This document shows, piece by piece, positions 1-8,644 of a stretch of DNA of 20,000 nucleotides. Numbering within the stretch: position 1 is the stretch's first letter; each line of letters opens with the position of its first letter. The notes under the pieces were generated by a model. It searched no databases. It saw nothing but the letters and a program-made list of their open reading frames with translations, and had not been told where the DNA came from. The DNA lies in NCBI GenBank assembly GCA_965178125.1, contig OZ237767.1, positions 788,522 through 808,521 of the forward strand, read 5' to 3'. The translations under genes were made by a program, and so were the position numbers. This stretch comes from Bilabrum cf. latius. Lineage: Eukaryota.

Positions 1-2436
1 CAGCTTTTCTATCTCCTTGTCTCGGTCCTGGCACCGAGCCTTCTCCCGGGCCAGCTGGGTCCTCGCCCGCAGCAGGTCCTGCTTGGCGCGTGTGGCGCCA
101 GCACCCGAATCTGCCCCGCTCGGCCCTGCTCCCTGCTGCCTCTTGGCGGCGGCTCGCCCAAGTTGGACCTTGGCCGCCCGCACCGCGAACTCCAACGTGC
201 ACGTGCTCTCCTGCGCATCGGCGCTTACCGGTGAGACGTGAGCGAACAGGATCGCCCTGCCGCCACTGCCCGGGGTCAGGCAAGGCGACAGCAGGCTCGT
301 CAGCGCGGAGTCTCGGAACGGCACATGGGGAGACTTGCGCTGCAGGGCTGCGAGCACGCTCCCCAGCGTGCTCAGGCTCTAGTTGATGTGCTGTGCCTCC
401 TTGCGAGCACTACCCACGGCACCTGACCTGGCCAGCCGTTCGGACCCTGCTAGATCCACCAGAGTCAGAACGCCTTCCCTGAACTCAGCCGGGGGTGCGT
501 CGCTTCCGTCGTCACGATCTGACTCGCCCGCTAGGCCTGCAGTCAGCCGTGCTCTCACTCTCACCACGAGGTGCGATCGGGAGGACCGCTCGTTCATGTC
601 AGTCTTGGACGAGGCGCGCTGCTCCAGACCGTGCAGTACCGCCCGCATCACCTCGCGGGGCTCGTGCACGGCCTGCTCGGCGAGACCCTCCAGTAGGACA
701 CCCCCATGACTCGGGTGCTCCGAGGCTGCAGCTCGACTGGGGTCCACCATACGGGCTAGCACCTTGCGGGGTCCTGCAGTCGAGTCGTCAGCCGCGGATA
801 GCCTGGGCAGCAGGTCCCTGATCTGCTCGTTGTAGATCTCCATCATGCTCAGGTGCAGCTCAACGGTGCCCTCCCCGCATGCCCTTACCTCCTCTGCGGC
901 TTCGAACAGCTGCAGCACGGCCCGCGGGATGAGGCCAGCCTGGGCCAACTCTGGGCCGGCACCATCCCCGGCTTGCTCGTTCCCAGCGGCTCCCGGCTCG
1001 GCAGCAAGATGAGTAGAGTACTCCTCCGGGCCTAGCATGGTGTACGTCTTGCCAGATCCAGTTTGCCCGTAGCTCAGCACGGCGCAGTCCACACCCTGCA
1101 CCACGGATGCAACGCTGTCCCTCACCTCGGAGAAACACTCCTGCTGGGTAGATGCGGGGCCGTGCACGCTGTCCACATCAAAGGAGCGGACAGACTTGCG
1201 GCTGCCTTCTCGTGTGCCTCCAGACTCAGTGTCCACCAGAAGCCTGCCCTCGCCCGTGGCAGTGGCCCCGGGAGCCACCCGAAGCGCCTCCACGTCCTCC
1301 CTGGCCTGTGCCCCCGAGCGGCGTGGGGGCGGCCTCACCCTCACCACGACCCGGATGGCGCCCTTCAGTTCTGCCACCTGGTTGCGGAGAGCACGCGCCT
1401 CCTTCACTGCGAGCCTTACCCTGGCCTGCAGCTCCTGGGCCTGCTGGCTGGCCTTCTCTTGCGCCTGCTGCCTCTCGAGGCGAGCATCCTGCAGCGCCCG
1501 CCCCAGTGCCTCTGCCTCCTGCTGCGCTTTTGCCGCGCGGCAAGCGGCCGCCTCGAGAGCTTGAGAGCCTTCTTTCGCACTAGAGGTTGCCGATGCATCC
1601 TGCTCTGCCCGTGCACTCTCCATCTCCCGCCGGGCCAGGTCCAGCTCAGCCCTCGCCGCCTCCAAGTCAGCGCGCACAGCGGACAGCTCGTGCTCGTGAG
1701 ACTCTTGAGCGGCAAGGGACGAAGCCGCGGAATTATCTCTCCTCAATTTGCGCGCATGCGCTGCTTCTTCTTGCGCTCGTTGTGCCTGCTGCTCTGCACT
1801 TGCTGCTCGCTTGAGCGCTGCAACACGGGCAGCATCCGTTCCAACTCGTGCCTACTCTGCTTGTCTCGCGCGATACCGGGCGTCCCTCAGGCCTTCCTGG
1901 GCCCTCTTTGCATCTTGTTTGCACTCCTCTAGCTGCTGCTCGGCAGAACTCGCTCTCGATTCGGCTAGCTGGACTGCAACCGAGAGTCGTTGCAGCTCAG
2001 CTTTCATCGCTGAAACCTTCGACTTCGTCGTGTCCAGGGTCACCTTGTGAGCGTCAGAAGATCTTTTTTTCTCCATTGTTGTTGTGATTGCATCGCAGTG
2101 AGTTCGGGCGAGGTCGGACTTTAGCTATTCGTTGGTCCGCTCCAAGATCTCTCGCGAGCGCTCAGACTCTTCCAGAGCATCTCGCAGCTTCATTAGCTCT
2201 GACGCTTGCAACGACATTTCGTTTTCAAACTTTCGAGATAGTTCTCTCTCCCGTTGCTTCATCTCCAGCTTGTGGTCCTCATCCCGTCGCTGTATCTCTT
2301 GCAGCAGCACTTGCGTCTCCTCGGACTCGGACACGCCATCTATTGCACTGCTCGCCCCGCTTCTCTACAAAATTGATGCTTTATTACGTTCAATTAAAGG
2401 TTGACTGCCTTCAGCCTTGGTGAAAAACCCAAACAT
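1..2436 (-). CDS. Kinesin-14-type motor protein (N-terminal coiled coil, neck, motor domain, C-terminal coiled coil); 3' end runs off the window; requires TAG as sense
   Basis: ORFs 2125-2334, 1852-2076 and 379-1746 share one frame and are separated only by TAG (2365-2367, 2125-2127, 1852-1854, 379-381). Motifs: neck LRNQVAELKGAIRVVVRVRP, P-loop YGQTGSGKT, EIYNEQIRDLL, switch I NERSSRSH, switch II LVDLAGSER. After TAG 379 the domain continues as SLSTLGSVLAALQRKSPHVPFRDSALTSLL...VSP...ESTCTLEFA. The only ATG between the upstream in-frame TGA (2518-2520) and 2334 is 2436-2434 (MFGFFTKAE). The frame stays open to position 1. Confidence 0.93.
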
Positions 2437-2616
2437 GCTCCAATTGCTCAACCTTTCGGAATGGCGCGAACCGCAACTCTCACCAAACCGGAACAACTCG
2501 GGAAAACAGAACGTTCGTCACGCGGGGCTTCAAAGTTCGTTTCTCTGATCCGGGATCCTCCCGACAGTCCTGCAGAAACACGTTCACAGGGACTTGTCAT
2601 CAAGCAAAAGTTTAGC

Positions 2617-4236
2617 ATGCTAGTTTTGAGCTTGGTGGCGCTGGTATCGAGTTCGAGTGCTTAGAATGATGGATTCTATTCTGGAAGATCGGAGTGGACG
2701 CGTCATTTGCTCGGTATGCCTAAACGCACAACCGTGATGACCGCCCAACAGATCATGTATGATCGCCATCTGCACGTGCGCTCTCAATCAAGCAACCAGT
2801 CTGCATGGATCTCGGTGCTAGATTACGGTGCAGACCCAACAGGCGAGTCTGACAGCTCCACAGCTGTGCTTGCCGCGTTGTCGGCGGCTGCAAACTTGTC
2901 ATCACGAGCCGATCCAAACGTAGGGTCGGCTGATGTCCAAGTGAGCCTTGAAGGGGGTTTGTACCGCATCGACTCGCCGCTCCAGATTCCAGGCAACTCC
3001 AAGGGTGTCTCGCTCGTCGATGGCGCACTAGTCGCTGGGCCGGGGTTCCCATCATCGAGGCACATGATCGAGGTGATGCCGCAGCCGGGGACTGGCACTC
3101 CGACAGAATTAGCGTTTACGAATCTCGTGCTGGATGCATCCCACCGAGGGGGGTGCTTCCGCTCGGACAGCATCGTGCAGATGACCGTGCAAGAGGTCTT
3201 CTTCTTGCACTACTCATCGGAGGGAATCTTGGGGTCCTCGGAGCATGGATCCGGGCACGAGCTCATGGTGAGCAAGTGCTTCTTTGCCGAGTACATGTGG
3301 GGCGAGCCTGGATTCAACGTGAAGGCCATGAAGACAGGCACCGCCGTGCACATGACCTACCCGGACTCGCACGTGATCGACTCGATCATCCGCTGCTCGA
3401 AGGTGGGCGTGTACAACGAGGGCGGCTCTAACCTGTTCCAGGGCCTCCACATCTACACCACGTGCGATCACGGATCAGACGCTGCCAACATGACGGACGG
3501 GTACATTGCGGCCGGCACACAGCAGAGATTCATTGATGGTTACATCGACAGCTGCGTAGCTCGAGTGAAGACGTTCGGGGGCACTTCAATCCAGAACACG
3601 CTATTTTTTGGGCAAGGCCGGCTCGTGCTGGATCCAAAACGTTGGAGCAAGTCCAGCAACTTCGCTCACGTGCAGGGTCTAATCGTGGAGGGCAACCACT
3701 TCACGTGCGCGGGGGCACCATGGGGCCAGGCGTGCGGCAACATGACCATCGAGTCTACCGAGGGTGTGCGGCTGCTGCCCAACGCGGTTTTTTCCTCCTC
3801 CGTCGTGGACAACAACTGGGCGAATGCCCCCGACGCAGCCAGCACCAGGCCGCAGGGACGTGTGTTCTTGAATGCCACCCTGGCTGAGCTATCGCAGGGG
3901 CCGGGCGGTGGCGGTGGCGTGGTGGTGAATGTGACGCTTGATCAGCGGTTTGCTCTACCCGTGACCCTGGCCAAGGTCGGCCCCGGTGCCACCATTGGCA
4001 TTGACAGCGAGGCTTCCCCGCTGCGGCGGGTGCAAGCAACCGCCACATCGTCGACGCCCGTAGGTAGCGGCTCGTGTGGGTCTGCAAGGGTGGCGCCATT
4101 GGTAGCAACCCCGCTGTCGCTCGGTGCCGAAGGAACTAGCATGCAGGTGATGGTACACTCGACGTGCCAGGTCCAAGGTGCGGACTCTTCGCAGATCTCC
4201 GTGGGTGTGTATGTCCAGGCGGATCAGTCCACGTGA
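2617..4236 (+). CDS. Secreted beta-helix (pectate lyase superfamily) protein resembling plant QUARTET3 (QRT3) polygalacturonase; ~539 aa with TAG as sense
   Basis: ATG 2617 gives a signal-peptide-like MLVLSLVALVSSSSA, then TAG 2662-2664, then an open frame into ORF 2707-4236, ending TGA. ISVLDYGADPTGESDSSTAV is the Pectate_lyase_3 N-terminal motif. LEGGLYRIDSPL, LDASHRGG, SGHELMV and NLFQGLHIY recall QRT3 (recognised from memory, not from a search). Confidence 0.8.
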
Positions 4237-4358
4237 TTTGCGCTGCGTGCACGGGGCCTCGAGCGACTGGGGCCTACATCCGGACTGTGCGCGCATGCGT
4301 GCGATCGAGCGAGCGAGCATGTGTATTCAGATTATCAATCCGTGCAGTCGTGTATTCT

Positions 4359-5877
4359 TTAGTCCAACTCGCCAACAACAACCGCAGCCGCTCCCTCCTC
4401 GCTGCCAGGCGCCTCACCATCCCCCCCTGCATCCGCCACCGCACCCTCGCTTCCGTCTGCATCTCCAGCTTCAGCCGCAGCCTTCGCCCCAGACTCGGCA
4501 GCTTCGTCCTGCCCTGCGTCCCCCTTTATCCCCGCAGCTGTATCCTCCCCCTCATCCCCCGGCTAGGCTTTCCCTGTGTCGCGGAGGCTGCTCTCCACTG
4601 GCACTGCAGAAGCTGCAGGGGAAGGGGCGGCAGCGCCACCTGCGTCCAGCGGCGGCACATCTTGCTCCTTCGATGCGGTCGCCTGCTCACTCGCGATGGT
4701 AGCATCCTTCGAAACTGCTCCCATGGCCTTCTTGAGCTGCTTGACCGCCCTCCCTTGCAACTGCCGGCACAAACTCTCTAGCTTCGAGTTGCGGGACTGC
4801 AGCCGAGCGCACAGCCGAAGCGCCTCCGCTGCCTCCTCGCCCCTTCGCGCTGCCAGCTTCTCCAGCTCCCGGGTGCGCTTGTTCAGCATTGAAGAACGCT
4901 TACTGGCCTCTTGCAGCGTGCGCGTAGTCTCCGTAATCAAGGCCTGCTGCTCTGAAAGCTGCGCTCTCAGCGCATCTACCTCCTTCTGCTTCGAATCCAA
5001 GGCATCCTTCTGCTGGTCCATCAGAGCGGCCATTTTCTCAAGGTGGGCCATGGCTTTCGTCGACTTCTCTTCTGCTATCTATTTTTCCAGCTTTGCGATG
5101 CGCAGTTCCGCCACGTGACTTTGCTGAACCATGTCAATCTAGCGCTCGAGTGCAGCGGCGCGGTCGACAGCGCTGCGTAGTGGGGGCAGAGACAAGTCTA
5201 GATCATCTGCCTTAATGACACAAACACATCATGAATACGGTATATAAGCTAGAACTTGCATGAAATTGAAACGGATTAACCACAAAGAATACTTACGCCG
5301 CCCTGGCCTTGTCGAGGGCCCCGTGGTCGTCAACTTTTTTCATCACATCCTGCGATAACGTACCGGTGGCCCGGATCGGATGGACAAGTATTATAGTCGT
5401 GCTAACAAGGTGGCAAAGTAGCACTACTAGCAGACTACCCGAGCGCCTCAGCTCAATCAAGTCTGCATGGCTTTAGCCCAAGCATCTAACCTCAATGCGT
5501 CGTTCAAACTCCGCCCTATCCTGCTTTTGCCGCTCAGAAACTTCCAAATTTAGCTTTTCTACCCTTTCTGCGTGAGCCTTTTGGTGTGCCTCTTGCTCTT
5601 TTGCTTTCTGTTTCAAAACAGATGTCAAACGCTGCAACACCTCATTCTACCGCTAAAGCTTCTCAGTCTTTTGTTTTTCGCTGCCTAATGCACGTTGCGA
5701 TACTTGTAGATCCCCTTTATGCTGTTCCACCTCAGATTTGAATCGTTTTGTAGCCTCCGTGGCTTGCTGCAGTTGTGCCCGCAACTACAAACGACTTGAT
5801 ACGTTCTTTTCCTGCTCCGATTTCAAGAGACTCCGAAGCTCTTTGACCTGTTGCTCTAGTCTACCGGTATCAGACAT
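4359..5877 (-). CDS. Taxilin-like long coiled-coil protein, 3 exons (5877-5491, 5349-5297, 5172-4359), ~417 aa with TAG as sense
   Basis: Exon lengths 387+53+814 = 1254 nt, divisible by 3. In-frame TAG at 5785, 5653, 5647, 5139, 5079 and 4563. KLESLCRQLQ resembles the taxilin motif LE(K/S)LCR.LQ. An acidic Ala/Gly tail follows TAG 4563 and ends GELD-TAA (4361-4359), where GC content drops. Confidence 0.75.
5173..5296 (-). other. Spliceosomal intron (124 nt) in the taxilin-like gene
   Basis: Donor GTAAGT (5296-5291), acceptor TACGCAG (ending 5173). The join GC|C restores the coiled-coil frame. The interior is AT-richer. Confidence 0.75.
5350..5490 (-). other. Spliceosomal intron (141 nt) in the taxilin-like gene
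   Basis: Donor GAG|GTTAGA at 5490, acceptor CGCAG ending 5350. The phase-0 join gives FERRIE|DVMKKVD. Confidence 0.65.
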
Positions 5878-6052
5878 GTGATGGTCAAATTCTGAGCAGA
5901 AAAACGCGCTTAAATGACATAACACGCAGATTGGTGAATCGCTCGTCACACTAGTAGGAGTACGCACCGCAGCAGTGCCCCCAGCCTAGATGTTTATCCA
6001 CATGTCTGTCCGGTTTCCAGCGGCCGTCGAGGCACGTCATTGCAGTAGAGAC

Positions 6053-7387
6053 TTACAAGGCTGATCCAGAACTGGGGGCAGCACCAGCACCAGCACCAGC
6101 ACCAGCACCAGCACCAGCACCAGCACCAGCACCAGCACCAGCACCAGCACCAGCACCAGCACCAGCACCAGCACCAGCACCAGCACCAGCACCAGCACCA
6201 GCACCAGCACCAGCACCAGCACCAGCACCAGCACCAGCACCAGCACTCTCGGTCTCAAGTTCTTCGATGCTCCGCTTGGCCTCAAGCAGACGGGCCAGCC
6301 GGGCCTTCTTGGTCGCGACTTTCGCCCGAGCATCAGCCACTAGAGTGCTTCTTCGCGCAGCTTCTATTCGAACGCGTTCCGCCCGAACCTTGAGGTCTTC
6401 CGCAGCAGCCCATGCGTGACCCTCCACGCCGGCGCTCCAACCGATCAGCGCATCTGCTAGCCGGTGGTGACCCGCCCTTCGTGCCACCTCGGCTACGGAT
6501 GCCCCCGTCCCGGGGTCAGCCGGTGCATGCACCCAGGCGGCAGAGGGGGCATCCGCCGAGAGCGCGCGCAGAGTCCCAATCCGACCAGCAGCCGCGGCGA
6601 GCGTCACTGCAAGCCCGCCTCCCGCCCCGGAATCAGGTGCGGAGACCCTTGCCGCCCGGGAGGCCCCTGCCGCCACGAGCACGCGCACCGCCTCAGTGTG
6701 GCCCTTCCTCGCCGCAATGTGCAGCGCGGTCTCTCCCGCTCCTGTGCGCGCCTCCAGGTCCAGCCCAAGCGAGCCCCGAGGAGGTGGAGCCGGGCCCGCA
6801 CTTGAGACTAGCAGTGCGCGAAGGACCGCCGCGTGACCCCCGGCCGCTGCCAAGTGTAGTGGCGTCCAGCCGTTTCTGGGATCGCGTGCCAGCAATGCGC
6901 CGGCCTTTGGCGAAGCGTGGCCTGTTCCGCCTCCCGCAGTTTTGGCCAAGGCACCAGGTCGCACGTCCATCACGGGTTGGTTCAGATCAAAAAGCAGCAG
7001 TCGCCCGCCTGTCGCGCGATTCTAGGCGTGTCCCAGTCGCACCAGCTCTTCTACTACATCAACTTCTCCTCTACGGCAGGCATCGTGCAGGGCTGAGCGA
7101 CCGTTGCCATCAAGAGCAGTGACGTCGGCTCCAAGCCTCTGCAACATCCGCAGGATTTCAAAGGAGCGCACGCCTCCTCTAGCTGCAACATGCACACATG
7201 TTTTGCCAAAATGGTGCATCCAGTCCCTAGCATTCAGGTCTCCCCCACGGGCCACAGCCGAGGCCAGCAATGTAGTGTCACGCCGCTCCACAGCCTCGAA
7301 TGCCTCCTACTCGGGCAAAGACAAAGGTCTCTCCCCGCGGGCTATGTCACAGAGCACAATTTCGGCCGTTTCAGAGTCTGCGATCAT
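6053..7387 (-). CDS. Ankyrin-repeat protein with C-terminal poly(Gly-Ala) tract, ~444 aa with TAG as sense
   Basis: ORFs 7022-7291 and 6053-6973 are in frame, joined through TAG 7022-7024, with another TAG at 7307-7309. ATG 7387 is the first ATG after the upstream in-frame TGA. Ankyrin motifs: GKTCVHVAA, GRSALHDAC, GWTPLHLAA, GETALHIAARKGH. It ends at TAA 6055-6053, which overlaps a GTAAGT, so the 3' end is uncertain. Confidence 0.85.
6078..6246. repeat. (GCACCA)n hexamer microsatellite, ~28 perfect copies, encoding (Gly-Ala)n on the minus strand
   Basis: Read directly from the sequence; lies in the ankyrin gene frame. Confidence 0.95.
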
Positions 7388-7672
7388 GTTGCTAGCCAGG
7401 AAACCAATGCTACCACGACCCCAACGGATCCAATCGCTTCTCAGCGTGCAATCGCTACAATTCTCAGTATTCACTCCACGACATGCTCCTCAATCCAGAT
7501 AAACACCTGCTGCTAGTAGATTATGTCTGAGACATTTCATTTATGTGTTTCTCTCAATGTGAATATCGCTTTGAATGTAAACGCTGCCGATCTGCGAATT
7601 ATGAAGATGAAAACTATGCTGCAACGCCACAGGACTCTCAGAAGGCCTTCACCCGTCGTGCCAATACACGCA

Positions 7673-8443
7673 ATGTCTGGGAAAGCAGATTCGAATATAA
7701 CGGTTCGAATGGGGGAAGGCCGTAGGCGTATTGTCCGGTAGGTTCAAGCTTCCAGGGGGGCAGCGACCTTGTCGGAGCGATTCGCGCAGATAAGACGCAG
7801 GGCAGCAGCCCTGTAGCGAGAAAGATCAAAGCAGCCGGCGGTTGTTGTTTAGGTGCCCCGAGTGTCTGTGCAGCAAAGCCAGCGCCCTCAGCTGCAGGTT
7901 GACCGCCCGAAATCCAATGGTCGTTTAGAGATTCGCAAGTCACCGGGAGGTCGCCAGCGTTTCTTGGATGTTCAGCCCAAGAGTTCCAAGTATCAAGCCA
8001 TGGACGCGTCATACAAGCGTGGCGATGCTGGCAAGCGATCGTCTGGCAGTCCCCGGGTTCGTGGCGGTGGCCGGGATCGGGCAGACCAGCCTCAACGTGG
8101 CCCCAAGCAGCAAGCGAAGAAGCAGACCGCCCGAGCTCCGTAGCGCAAGGCTGCATCACAGGCTGCTGCCGCTCCAGGTGGCAAGAAGAATGGGGTGGCA
8201 AAGGCAGGTGCTGGCGCCGGCGCAAAGCCGAAGGGCAAGGAATCGAAGAAGCAGGAGAAGGGTGCTGACTTGGGGCTGTCCAAGAGCGTAGACCCCGCGA
8301 GTCTTGACTACGAAATGGACCGCTACAGGCACCAGGCAGGGCGAGGTCCCGACCCAGATCAGGCCCGGTTGGATCGGGAGCTGGAGGGGTACAGGGCAGG
8401 TCGCAAAGGCAAAGGGACTGCGGGAGCCGAGGGGTCGACCTGA
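7673..8443 (+). CDS. Chtop/FOP (chromatin target of PRMT1)-like RNA-binding/mRNA export protein, ~256 aa with TAG as sense
   Basis: ORFs 7523-7741, 7853-8143 and 8195-8443 share a frame, with TAG at 7739, 7814, 7850 and 8141, ending TGA. TLSERFAQI resembles the Chtop N-terminal SL.ERF motif and is visible only after reading through TAG. There is an R/G-rich middle and a duplicated C-terminal motif SLDYEMDRY / RLDRELEGY (FoP duplication type). The start ATG 7673 is inferred; other in-frame ATGs lie upstream. Confidence 0.75.
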
Positions 8444-8644
8444 AGACAGAGCGGGCCCCTGGCCGTCCATCGGATGACACTCACAGTTTTAATCATGACG
8501 ATTTGCAACCGTTTCTATAACCCACTAGGCTCTGTAGCAGAAACCCAACGATTTCCCAGGCCAGCAATTATTCCAGGTCCATGTGACGATCGTCACACGG
8601 GATCGACTGGGGAACTTCGCGAGCACAACAAACAGGCATCAGCA

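Noticed and set aside
1063-1932. Antisense and alternative-frame ORFs over the genes (e.g. 1063-1932, 6412-7122, 7638-8480, 9126-9710)
   Set aside because: Shadow ORFs expected in GC-rich coding DNA; no motifs, and they overlap well-supported genes.
5878-6056. Ankyrin-taxilin fusion gene via the GTAAGT donor at 6056
   Set aside because: The best CAG acceptor gives an immediate TGA; an in-frame join would need an atypical AAG acceptor.
1-8443. Cluster of pseudogenes with premature stops, or RIP-like mutation
   Set aside because: All 17 interruptions are TAG, with no TAA, TGA or frameshifts despite many CAA and CGA codons, and motifs are intact on both sides.
1-8443. Ciliate-type code (TAA and TAG both Gln), pyrrolysine, or A-to-I editing to Trp
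   Set aside because: No internal TAA was seen and TAA appears terminal. Pyrrolysine is not known in eukaryotes. Trp does not fit the kinesin motif or the coiled-coil contexts. Rare sense TAA cannot be fully excluded from 10 kb.
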